A DNA stretch of 46,379 nucleotides from Macrostomum lignano. Taxonomy: Eukaryota. Under the pieces are notes generated by a model. The model saw only the letters and a list, made by a program, of their open reading frames with translations. It was not told the DNA's origin and made no database searches. Shown here piece by piece: positions 27,001 to 35,478 of this stretch (within the stretch, counting starts at the first letter, position 1; the number at the start of each line of letters is the position of its first letter). The stretch lies in assembly GCA_002269645.1 (NCBI GenBank), contig NIVC01000060.1, positions 1 through 46,379 on the forward strand. Reading direction: 5' to 3'. The position numbers were made by a program, and so were the translations under genes.

Positions 27001-30000
27001 CAATAGCTGCGGCTGAGCTGTCGGTTGCACATCTGCCCATTAAGGCAGGTGTAATCAGTTATTAGTATTAATATTGAACTTTCTAAAACATCCTTCTAAA
27101 AATCTAGTACATACCAGAATAACTAGACTGCTACTGAACCAAGCTTTCGAGGTTTTGCTTTGTTGACCCTCTGGTCCATTATAGCTTTAAGTACATGTAG
27201 ATTCGGGTTACAGAACCCACGGAGTGTTGTAAGCATACTGAAGTAGTAAGCAGAAGGTATTAAACTATTTAAATTACGGTGGTGTGATGAAGCTGCGTTC
27301 CACGGCAGTCTTGGCGTCCAACAGGCGGCCCCTGACGCCGCCCCAGGTGTGCTCGGAGCAGAACTGGTTGGCAGCGGTCCAGGTGACTCGGTTTTCCACC
27401 GGGTACCAGCAGCTGTGCATCGATGCGATCCAGCCGTCAGGACAGACTAGCAAAATGAGTATGACTTTTCAAGTAACCACGAACAGTGACATCAGAACCT
27501 TTAGCTGGAAGAAAACATAAAAAACAGAACTAACCATTAACTTTGCAGCCTTTCACGGAGTCAACGGTTATTTCTTCTGATGCATCGACGAAGTGAAACT
27601 TTATACTCAGCGGCGTCAGGAAAAACGGCATAATGAAGGTCTCGTTAGTGTAGGTGACTGGGAACTGGACAGGAGGGATGCAACTAAACGATTGTCGTAT
27701 GCCCGGAGTCTTGTAATTGAATCAATTTTAGTCCGAAGAAGATCCATAAATATGTTTATCATTTTTATTAGACCTCTATGATTTTTGAAAAATGCCTTGT
27801 TTATAATATAAAATTAATGTCTGCAAGAGAGTTGGGCCACCACAGCATGGCACACGGTCTCACAACTAAGTCGATTCTGCCTGCGAGCGTATTCTGCTAA
27901 CAGAAAAGCGCGCAGATTCTAGATGTACAGTTGTGTATTGACTTTCTAATCGTCAGGCATGTAAAATCTCTGTGTCTTGGTGGTCGGCCTTCGGACTTCC
28001 GACGATTAGGGTTAGGTAGGGTTTAGGTTAGGTCTTTAGGTTATGGATAGGGTCTGCTGTCAAATTGCGGCAGATAACTGTCGTAGACCCTGATTGAACA
28101 GAACTCCAACTTATGCCCCTCCTTTTGCGCATGGCGTTACGAGTATTACTTTGCCGGCTATGAAAGCTTTTAAAAGTTGACAGCTTCCATAAACTTCAGC
28201 TCACCATCCATAAGCTGTCATTCCAGGCGTGCGTCAGATTAACAAAGTCTTCGCCAGCAACCAGCTGGTAGGACAGCCAAAATCTGCTGTTTGCTGGCAG
28301 GCTGTCCATTGTGAAAGCGGTCACATAGTGGAGTCGAGTAAAGTTCAGCTGCACCAGAATCTCCGAGCCGCTACTCAGGGGCGCTGTTATCGAGTAGTCC
28401 GAGCTGTCGATCAGCGGACAAGCTGAGGGACAGTGCACGTTATTCACTTTATGGAACAATATCGAAGTTTTTCATGAATAATAAAATGAATATGCACGAT
28501 TTAAAATTATTCAAGCAATAGTTTTACTCTTGAAGTAACTAAATATTTGCAGGAGGGCTGCTGCCGGCACCTCTGGCGCAACGCCCTCTCGGCGACAGCG
28601 TCCCACAGCCGGCGCTGAGGCGATTCTGCCCATTCCGCCGACTCCTGAGCACACGCAAGTGCGTCATACACACGCTCACACGGGGTGTACAGCACGGCCC
28701 TTTTAATTTCTAATCGTCAGGCATGTGCACTCTCTGTGCCTTAAGGGCTGGCCCTAATGGAAAGTGAATCACACGACAACGCCTGGACCAATTTTTCGTG
28801 GAATCGAACCAGGAGTCGTGGAGCAAAAATCAGGCAGGTTTACCACTAAGCCCTCTACTTATGTAATCTTAGCATGCTACTTCGCTCGTAATAGTAGTCA
28901 TTCACAATGGGATGCTAAATTCTGTGTAATTTTGAAATTCAAGCTGCATTTGTACTGTATGTCAAAGGCATGTCTTCAGTGGAAAAAGGCAATGAATATT
29001 AGAAAAGAATATAATAGAATAGAATAGAATAGAAAAGGATAGCATAGAATAGGATAGAATAGAATAGAATAGAATAGAATAGAATAGAATAGAATAGAAT
29101 AGGATAGAATAGGATAGAATAGGATAGAATAGAATAGAATAGAATAGAATAGAATAGAATAGAATAGAATAGAATAGAATAGGATAGAATAGGATAGAAT
29201 AGGATAGAATAGAATAGAATAGGATAGAATAGGATAGAATAGGATAGAATAGAATAGAATAGAATAGAATAGAATAGAATAGAATAGAATAAAATAGAAT
29301 AGAATATAATATAATATAATAGAATAGAATGAAATAGAATAGAATAGAATAGAATAGAATAGAATAGAATAGAATAGAATAGAATAGAATAGAATAGAAT
29401 AGAATAGAATAGAATAGAATAGAATAGAATAGAATAGAATAGAATAGAATAGAATAGAATAGAATAGAATAGAATAGAATAGAATAGAATAGAATAGAAT
29501 AGAATAGAATAGAATAGAATAGAATAGAATAGAATAGAATAGAATAGAATAGAATGGAATATAATGAAATAGAATAGAATAGAATGGAATAGAATAGAAT
29601 AGAAATTCAGACGTACCGTTTGGACTAGGATAGCCGGCCACGTCAAGCTGAAGAAGGCACCGACTTGACCAGCCTCTTGGCTCAAAATAAACCAATTGAG
29701 TTTCAATCGGGCCATTGAGCGGCACGAGACACGGATAATTCTTGGCATCTGGGCACGATACGTAGTACAGGATCTGAGGGATGCGATGTCAAGAAATATA
29801 TCAGTTATTGTTTCTAACGCTTTAGTCCTAGTATAGTAATATAAAAGTATGTATTATGAGTTCTAATAACATTAATTTGCTATAGGACAAACTCCTAAAT
29901 AATTGTCATTTTGACTAAGGGTCAAAAGTCCAAGTTCCTAGTCAGTAAATAATAACTCGTAGATAAATTAATCGCAACTCAGGTGAGATTTAAGCGTTAC

Positions 30001-31669
30001 ATGAGGGGTTTTATTCTTGCTTGGGGTCTTTGACCACTTTAACCTTCATTAGAAGGGATGGGGCAGGCTTCCCCTTTAGCCCATATTCTGCAGTCTCTGT
30101 CCGGATTAGGAGAGCGTAAAATATTTTCCTTAGCAACTGGTAAACAAGACTTTATTTGTTTGGGAAGCTTGTTAAACGCTACTAATGCATTGGTAAAACT
30201 ATCCATCAATTTGATAATCCAGCCATCCATCACTCATATGACTTCACTGAAGCACATGCTTTTCCCCACTACTCCAATTCATTGAAAAACATCTTTGTAA
30301 TTGTTGTATTAACGTCGAATTGCTCCAGAAGTGCTCTTCAATGCTGTTTGTCATCCAGGCTGTCATCTCAAACGGCAGTTCTTTATTTGCAAGCTTGCGT
30401 TTATGGTTTCATTTAAAAAAATTATTCTATAAAGAGTTACTTAAGTATTCTGAATGATCGATAATGATTGACGCATTAAACAAGCTAACGCTAACGGTGA
30501 AATCGGTCGGGTTGCTATTCTAGTTAGTTAGCAGAATGACTTTCGAGGTGGCTTTCTCGGAGTTGGATTTCGAGTGAAATCATCCCAGGAGAATTTTACA
30601 AAGCCTGAAAGCATTCTACTCGCTTAATCTGCCTAATAGGCTTTACAGAGTCGATTTTAATGTGCTCGTGAGGGGATATCCGCTTCAGACATTCTAGAAC
30701 CGCTGAGACATCCTCGAGACATGCTAGAACCCTCGAAATATTTTAGAACCGCCGAGGCATCTTAAAAACGCCTATATCACCGCTAACACCATCAACTAAA
30801 CTATAGTAGCAATAGTGTTAGCGGACACCATGAAAGTGCTAAGGCACTTACAAACCAACAATGGTCAAAATTCAGAGCATTGAATGTTAGACTAAGATTG
30901 CATACCAACCTCAGACTGTTTTTTGATACCGATAAAAGACGAGCAAGAAAACTCTCTGTGAATTTTAATTCCCTGTAGTCTAGAGCCCTAAACTTAAGAG
31001 GTCCCATTTTCAGCTCATTAATCGTTTAAGGGTCCTGTAGTAACAGGTGAGTTGCATGTCCCGACGCTTAGAATTAGGCTTTTGGGTTTGAGCAATCTGC
31101 CTGAGTCACCTTGTTATTGAAGGTGTCAGCAGAGTACACGGGCGAGGAGGTCAACAGCGATTTCCTGGGCGAGTGGCCAGCGTAGAAACGGGTCACCCGG
31201 CCCGGGTTCTCCACTCTGGTGCTGTTGCCAAACACCAGGAAGCCAGTGACCGTGAAGTTCAGAGGAAAGTAGATCCGGACCCATTTATCGCCGTTCAGGT
31301 GGGCACCCTGAGCTGTGGGTCCGCCTGGCTCGGCTCGGAAGCTGAGCGACATCAGGCCCTGATCAGTGTCGCAGCTGCCGAGAACGACCCAGGAGACGGG
31401 GAAGTAGCGGCCGAGGCCCATCGGAGACCGGCTGAGCTGGTCGAGCTGGGGGGCACCTGCCGATGCAGGGAACGAATTTTGGGGACATTGTTTCGCAACC
31501 AGCGGAGCAAAAAATCGTTTCTTATCTACATATGACGAAATAAAAGCATGGCCAACTAAAATAGTTGTCCACGGCTCTTACCAATCTGCACTTCAGCATC
31601 TGCGGCCCAGACTGCTGCCCCTGCAGAGCTGCAGCAGGTGATGATTATTCTAATAAGGAGTCTCAGCAT
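1..31669 (-). CDS. Giant multi-exon secreted mosaic lectin-like gene (discoidin/FA58C, C-type lectin x4, F-type-lectin-like, Methyltransf_FA-like, fibrinogen C-terminal, Cys-rich module); continues past the left edge
   Basis: Dozens of minus-strand coding segments separated by GT-AG introns, all in one orientation. ATG at 31669 starts a signal-peptide exon that splices in frame to a discoidin exon. No internal second signal peptide was recognised. A full exon chain was not reconstructed, so it could be more than one gene. Confidence 0.7.
780..1435 (-). CDS. Cys-rich (EB-like) module and downstream beta-rich domain exons
   Basis: [15 protein letters not shown]...TCLCKSGY Cys spacing (1300-1435); long open frame in 227-1204 up to a probable donor. 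Confidence 0.45.
1500..2075 (-). CDS. Fibrinogen C-terminal (FReD) domain
   Basis: WMIIYQNF...[10 protein letters not shown]...[12 protein letters not shown]...MRID...FSTFD...CA...[10 protein letters not shown] is the FReD signature. Confidence 0.85.
3200..3740 (-). CDS. C-type lectin domain 4
   Basis: [13 protein letters not shown]...AKAYC...GGL, then GQWL...[40 protein letters not shown]. Confidence 0.85.
4290..5200 (-). CDS. Tandem discoidin/FA58C domains (unit 4)
   Basis: [19 protein letters not shown]...VTYVLMYS; [28 protein letters not shown]; [29 protein letters not shown]. Confidence 0.8.
6420..6950 (-). CDS. C-type lectin domain 3
   Basis: [15 protein letters not shown]...AHKICKSL...GRLAK, then NNWK...[30 protein letters not shown]. 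Confidence 0.8.
7782..7868 (+). repeat. Left TIR of mini-Polinton
   Basis: AGTAGTCTGGGAAAGGGGCTTTCTAGG...TTCCCAAAGAGA; reverse complement of 9811-9897 with 4 mismatches. Confidence 0.92.
7869..8475 (+). pseudogene. 5'-truncated, frameshifted Polinton/adintovirus major capsid protein (C-terminal half)
   Basis: [14 protein letters not shown]...[frameshift about 8010-8050]...NPRYIII...YP...[11 protein letters not shown]...[13 protein letters not shown]...[14 protein letters not shown] follows the Polinton MCP C-terminal motif order (PRY, YPxxxxxDF, PxFxxDxSxQ, terminal ER/DR). Begins abruptly at the TIR edge. Confidence 0.7.
8498..9361 (+). CDS. Polinton/adintovirus minor capsid (penton) protein, 287 aa, intact ORF
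   Basis: [35 protein letters not shown] at the N-terminus and [23 protein letters not shown]...[29 protein letters not shown] at the C-terminus match penton consensus motifs (PNxxxxNNKFYY; ExP; DF.GE). Lies directly downstream of the MCP. Confidence 0.85.
   Translation: MEAIAERLNNIISRSKESISITITGRINDSNGIFVQKLEQAIRLDPGAKYHVYLNDFTGWSNVPNVTAANNKFYYKWKGAAAEPVVFPVSTQSVDTYKYFLENVFTKRGHFETPDLIKPELFPIKLAYDLTVMRVVMQVHKDAEVEFKDDTWYRELGFKKKVYKAESAARTVTQAPKSSGVVSMARESVSGLFAPNIADIVKGLNILIRSNLSLDWVFKGKRTNILYNISNSVAGGQMLVEKPNPVKRVVLSNKEIHEIVLQFETEDGVGVDFNGEEFVLTLIIERM
9278..9610 (-). CDS. Small convergent ORF of unknown function inside the mini-Polinton (110 aa)
   Basis: AAAAATG start and open frame; the last 84 nt overlap the penton 3' end antisense. 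No motif recognised. Confidence 0.3.
   Translation of the reverse strand: MLPIVSPGSFYKRHEPYYKSKYRCKLECSEYMRKYWLGVDINVPNINLALQRHWFLKYGATYVKDYDRYTITLEKSLSNCNFFSHSLNDQRQYKLFTVEINTHPIFSLKL
9811..9897 (-). repeat. Right TIR of mini-Polinton
   Basis: Ends ...CCCATACTACT, immediately followed by the TSD TAAAAC. Confidence 0.92.
10335..11340 (-). CDS. Discoidin/FA58C domain (unit 3) plus degenerate module
   Basis: [21 protein letters not shown]...[10 protein letters not shown]...GNE...[31 protein letters not shown] is a canonical FA58C sequence. Confidence 0.85.
11400..13833 (-). CDS. Further F-type-lectin/discoidin-like beta-sandwich exons
   Basis: [32 protein letters not shown] (13560-13700) and [12 protein letters not shown] (about 11450-11490) are FTP/F5_F8-type C-terminal motifs. 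Confidence 0.5.
15740..16535 (-). CDS. C-type lectin domain 2
   Basis: [15 protein letters not shown]...AHRLC...GSLL, then [19 protein letters not shown]...FACQ. Confidence 0.8.
17440..17720 (-). CDS. End of discoidin (unit 2, [10 protein letters not shown]) plus following degenerate module
   Basis: ORF 17354-17758 contains [14 protein letters not shown] followed by a Cys-initiated beta-rich segment. Confidence 0.5.
18900..19820 (-). CDS. F-type lectin (fucolectin)-like domain exons
   Basis: [13 protein letters not shown]...[22 protein letters not shown] (19600-19820) and ...[12 protein letters not shown] (about 18950-19040) follow the A-x-DG / PWWxVDL / LxEVEVYG layout. Confidence 0.5.
19962..20265 (-). 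mobile_element. tRNA-derived SINE, family 1 (CORE-like central domain)
   Basis: Inverted near-copy of 26762-27070; A/B boxes at the right end. Confidence 0.85.
20280..20570 (+). mobile_element. tRNA-derived SINE, family 2 (degenerate)
   Basis: TAGCTCAGTTT A box and GGTTCCATTCC B box; body (ATTAGAAAGTC...GTGCGTGCCTG...TATTAGCGC) matches 28545-28858 and 43445-43795 in reverse. Confidence 0.7.
21237..21578. mobile_element. MITE with about 110-120-bp TIRs rich in GACGTC palindromes
   Basis: ATCCCGTACAACAATCCGACGT...GTAACATTACGTGTTTCC...GTCGGACGTCGG at the left is the reverse complement of the right end. The terminal AT may be a 2-bp TSD or part of the TIR. Confidence 0.8.
21820..22720 (-). CDS. 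Discoidin/FA58C domain exons
   Basis: VFVMAVQPG...[17 protein letters not shown] and [16 protein letters not shown]...SRWMLYGC match FA58C motifs. Confidence 0.65.
22173..22262. repeat. Two adjacent perfect hairpins built from a CTGTACAG core
   Basis: 17-bp IR at 22173-22189/22201-22217 and 13-bp IR at 22228-22240/22246-22258. Confidence 0.8.
22990..23560 (-). CDS. Methyltransf_FA (farnesoic acid O-methyltransferase-like) beta domain
   Basis: [14 protein letters not shown]...[15 protein letters not shown]...[15 protein letters not shown] resembles the YEIxIGGWGNxxS / FWISW / VxYVGFxTGWG motifs of this domain. Recognised by eye only. Confidence 0.45.
26215..27452 (-). CDS. C-type lectin domain 1 (two exons, intron contains a SINE)
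   Basis: Hand translation: [29 protein letters not shown]...RLL, then [21 protein letters not shown]...[26 protein letters not shown]. The CTLD cysteine and Trp pattern is present. Confidence 0.8.
26762..27070 (+). mobile_element. tRNA-derived SINE, family 1 (CORE-like central domain)
   Basis: A box GTAGTTTCGTGGTTAGAGC, B box GGTTCGATTCC, then TGTGTCCTTGAGCAAGACACTCAACTC...CAGCTGTAAAATGGG resembling the MIR/CORE domain; AT-rich tail. Confidence 0.85.
27855..28000 (-). mobile_element. SINE family 2 fragment
   Basis: Shares GACTTTCTAATCGTCAGGCATGT...CTCTGTG with the other family-2 copies. Confidence 0.55.
28205..28440 (-). CDS. Truncated/degenerate discoidin-like module preceding C-type lectin 1
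   Basis: [12 protein letters not shown]...[31 protein letters not shown] resembles the N-terminal half of a discoidin fold; GTGAG donor follows. Confidence 0.45.
28545..28858 (-). mobile_element. tRNA-derived SINE, family 2
   Basis: Minus-strand A box TTAGTGGTAA and B box GGTTCGATTCC; body similar to 43445-43795. Confidence 0.75.
29013..29604 (+). repeat. (ATAGA)n pentanucleotide satellite with GGATA variants
   Basis: About 590 bp of tandem AATAG; starts immediately inside the intron after a discoidin exon. Confidence 0.97.
29617..31525 (-). CDS. Discoidin/FA58C-like domain, unit 1 (exons about 31110-31525 and 29617-29773)
   Basis: [22 protein letters not shown]...VTRFYAGHS, then exon ...[29 protein letters not shown], the typical discoidin ending. 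Splice sites CAG| and |GTACG are visible. Confidence 0.6.
31582..31669 (-). CDS. Putative first exon with signal peptide ([29 protein letters not shown])
   Basis: ATG, hydrophobic stretch, then a G|GTAAG phase-1 donor. A 56-bp intron (31526-31581) ends TGTAG and joins in frame to the 31074-31421 ORF frame. Confidence 0.7.
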
Positions 31670-32360
31670 TGGTGTCTTCAGTGTGAAATTTGTAATTCTC
31701 AGTTAAGATGTTGCGCGTTGGTTCTCTAATAAGCGTCGGGTTTTATAGTTAAGAACCTGGCTAAGTCTTAAGGACGGAACGCATCGGTTTTTTCTATTTT
31801 AACAGCAGGATGTTGAAAAATGACAGCTGCAAAAGCGTATTTTTTCTAATGCGAAAAGAGTCGATTCCAATTTAACTAAAGCATCAGTTCTTGAATAGAA
31901 GCTACCGCGGGAATACTCTGGGCTGCCAGAAGGGTGTTTGTGTTCTCAATACTGTGCAACTGTGTAAAAATTGCCTCAAAGACAATTTAAGTCCATTGGC
32001 AGACATGGGTAAGAGTTCTTCTCTCTAAGGCTCTCTCAACTGAAGTAGCTAAATAGTAAAGAGGAAGGTAGCTACCTAGAGAAAAGTAAGCCTAATAGGG
32101 AGGGGTGGAATGAGAAGAAGAGTCAGAGGCGAAACGTTTGATCGGTTGACAGCCGCCATCACTTCTTCATCTAATGAGCAATAAAATCCCACGGCTGTTG
32201 TACAAAGCAAGAACCGCTAAATTGCGCCAAAAACCATATTTCCTGGAAAAATGGCAGGCCTGTTTTCGGTAAAAGATACACCGTTCATGTTTTTTAAATA
32301 AAAATTTCATTTTGCGATTTAAGTCTCAAAGATACATAATTGATATAATATTGTATTTTG

Positions 32361-32996
32361 CGCCAGCCCCAGGGGCTTTAGCACCAGCGGCTTTAGCACC
32401 ACGGGCTTTAGCACCAGGGGCTTTAGCACCAGGGGCTTTAGCACCAGGGGCTTTAGCACCACGGGCGCCAGCACCAGGGGCTTTAGCACCAGGGGCTTTA
32501 GCACCAGGGGCGCCAGCACCAGGGGCTTTAGCACCAGGGGCTTTAGCACCAGGGGCTTTAGCACCAGGGGCTTTAGCACCAGGGGCTTTAGCAACAGGGG
32601 CTTTAGCACCAGGGGCTTTAGCACCAGGGGCTTTAGCACTAGGGGCGCCAGCACCAGGGGCGCCAGCACCAGGGGCGCCAGCACCAGGGGCGCCAGCACC
32701 AGGGGCGCCAGCACCAGGGGCGCCAGCACCAGGGGCGCCAGCACCAGGGGCGCCAGCACCAGGGGCGCCAGCACCAGGGGCGCCAGCACCAGGGGCGCCA
32801 GCACCAGGGGCGCCAGCACCAGGGGCGCCAGCACCAGGGGCGCCAGCACCAGGGGCGCCAGCACCAGGGGCGCCAGCACCAGGGGCGCCAGCACCAGGGG
32901 CGCCAGCACCAGGGGCGCCAGCACCAGGGGCGCCAGCACCAGGGGCGCCAGCACCAGGGGCGCCAGCACCAGGGGCGCCAGAACCAGGGGCGCCAG
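32361..32996 (+). repeat. 15-bp GC-rich minisatellite (GCACCAGGGGCTTTA / GCACCAGGGGCGCCA), about 42 units
   Basis: Direct reading; TTTA variants dominate the left half and a pure GCCA variant fills the right half. Confidence 0.97.
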
Positions 32997-33499
32997 TACT
33001 AGCTTTTGTTACAGTCGATTGACATAAAATTTTGAACATGTTTACTCGCAGTTGAAGTTACTTAAATGCAATGAAGTGTTACATGTACGTGAAACTGTAG
33101 TAAAGCAATTCTACCCACGTAGCTGTTATCAATTATTTAATTTATTCTGAGTTCTCGCCTGCATGTTCGTCTGTTTGACTTAACCAAGTCGCGAACCTGA
33201 TAATTGTCAGCTTGGCAACGCTAATGGCCAACTGTTTGCGCAGGATAATGTCGGAGAAATAAATTGCAGTTTAAACAGACTGACACGACAATCGCGCTTT
33301 CTAACTGTGAGTCGGAAGGCTCAGATGCAGTTGATGGAGACTGCTGATGGGCAAACATTTCATTAGCAATTGTATATGCAGTCTATCGATCGCAAACACT
33401 GGAAATAAGCGAAGATATAATTTCATTTTGGATATAACTGTAGATAAGCGTGTGCGGAGCTCTGAACTGTTTTGATCCGTGCAGAGAAAGCTTAGCGCC

Positions 33500-34803
33500 A
33501 TGGCTCCACTACGAAATTTGTCAGCTGTTCTCACTGTTCTTGCTGTCTGTTTCTTCTGCAACAGCTTTGTCTGGGCGGACCACCAGGCTAACGTGATACA
33601 GTACTTGAAGAACAACATAACCAACTACAGTCCCCTGCTCCCGCCCAGGATAGAGCCGAATGCTAAAATTGCTGTCAGGATGGACCCTCTGCTGACCCAC
33701 ATAACTGCGGTTGACACGGTGAAGCAGACGATACGAGTGAGCGCATTGCTTCAGGCAAAATGGGAAGAGGAGCGGCTGGTTTGGAATTCGAGCAAATTCG
33801 GTGATGTTACCGTTATTAATTGGAAAGTTGATGAAATCTGGAGCCCTTTGATTTTGATGTACGGTGTAGGACAGGATCAGGTGCCGCAATCAAAAACGCC
33901 AGTTTTCCTAACGTCGCAATCACCCAACTTAACCCAAGTCACGGCTCCATGGCGTCGCGTGTTCGAATTCACTTGCAAGTTTGACGTAAGCTAAGCCAGT
34001 TTCCCGTGGACATGCACGACTGCTCTATATCATTCTGCTTCATCGATCCTGAACGGCACAATTCTGGGGTAGAACCTGAGGTCAACAAGCTGGTTCCGTA
34101 TAACCCGCTAGTTCTATACCAAAATAGCAGCGAATGGACACTTCTGAACTTCTCCACGTCTGCAGAGTTCAAGGAGTACGCACTGATTCGAGGTTCGAGA
34201 AAGGCGCTGCTTCCAACGTACGAATTAAGGCTTCAGATCTGTCGAGTATCAAATTATTACTTCGTTAACATCATTGCACCGCTCATTCTGTTGTCTGTTC
34301 TTCAAGTGCTGGTGTACTTTGTGCCACTGGAGTCCGGTGAGAAGCTGGGATTCGGCATCACAATCATGCTCAGCTACACTGTGTTCCTACTGCTCCTGGA
34401 CGGCATTCTATCGGTCACAAAAGCTGCCATTTGTTGCATATTTCATCACGTCTGCGATGATTCTGTCCACAGGATCTCTCCTACTGACTTCTTTGACCAT
34501 GCGACTTCACTTCACGCCTGGAGATGATGGAATGCCAACCTGCCTTAAAGTCGTTCTCGTCCATTTCTAGGCCGTCTGCTGTGCGTGAAAGGTAGCGACG
34601 CGACGGTTTGGACGGAAAATAGCGACAATAGCCGGACCAACGTTAGAAAAGTGGATGGAAACGCCGGCCGGATTCAATCGGATTTGACGGTGGCAACAAA
34701 GTCTGTCGAGTGGCTGATGGTAGCGCTGGGTGTTGCAGCCACAGCCGCCCTCCTGGGCGGCCTCATCATCAGGCCCTACTGGGATTCGCCGTACAAATGC
34801 TGA
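33500..34803 (+). pseudogene. Intronless Cys-loop ligand-gated cation channel subunit A (nAChR-like), three frameshifts
   Basis: Signal peptide; Cys-loop CKFDVSQFPVDMHDC after removing a 5-bp TAAGC duplication (33987-33996); M1-M4 homology to copy B; further frameshifts near 34413 and 34566. Confidence 0.85.
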
Positions 34804-35478
34804 CTTGGCTTCACAATTGGCAGCTAACAGTTTCACTGAGGCTAACATCTTCCTTTATTTTTGGAGGAATAAGCGCGAGAAAATGCGCATCACGCATCAA
34901 TATTTTAAATGTTTAAATAAATAAATATTTTCGTCTAATCAAACACTACTACTACCAGCTATACATTTTCTGTCCACATGTACTTCTTGTCGCTGGATAA
35001 TCTTAAATTTAACAATAACTTCACCAAAAAATGCGTCGTTAGCAAAACTTTTCCATCCGTTTTTAGCTACTTAGAGTAGTTTCGAACTTTTATGAAACGA
35101 GAAACTTTAGTGAGTGAACTAAGAAAAGTTTGGTTGTTATGTAGCCAGAAACTTCGTTGCCAGACATTTCGGTGCCAGAGCAAGTGAGAAAGGAGAGTTT
35201 CAGAGAAGTGTATTATTATTAATTATATATGTATAATTAATATAATTAGTTTATTTAGTTAAATATATTTTTGATGGAGCGAAGGTTTATTATTATTTCA
35301 GAACCACTCGTAAAAGTCTACTTTTCAAACTAGAAGTGGGAGCGAGTGAAGATTCATAGAAACTTGTTTTGTAGAAACTTCGACAAAATATTAAAAGCAG
35401 TATTACAAAAAATTGCAAACTATTTAATTTATTATGCAGTTATTGTATAATTGCTAATTGTAGTGATCCGCTAGTTGA

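Noticed and set aside
28005-28050. TTAGGG-like telomeric repeats
   Set aside because: Only a few degenerate units next to a SINE fragment; not a telomere or fusion signature.
28976-29748. 249-aa YSILF-repeat ORFs
   Set aside because: Translation of the (ATAGA)n satellite; only the 29617-29773 part is a real exon.
32312-33039. Long ORFs (PGAPA/GAPGA/LAPLV repeats) resembling elastin, collagen or silk
   Set aside because: Open frames on both strands arise from a stop-free 15-bp minisatellite; no signal peptide or unique flanking coding sequence.
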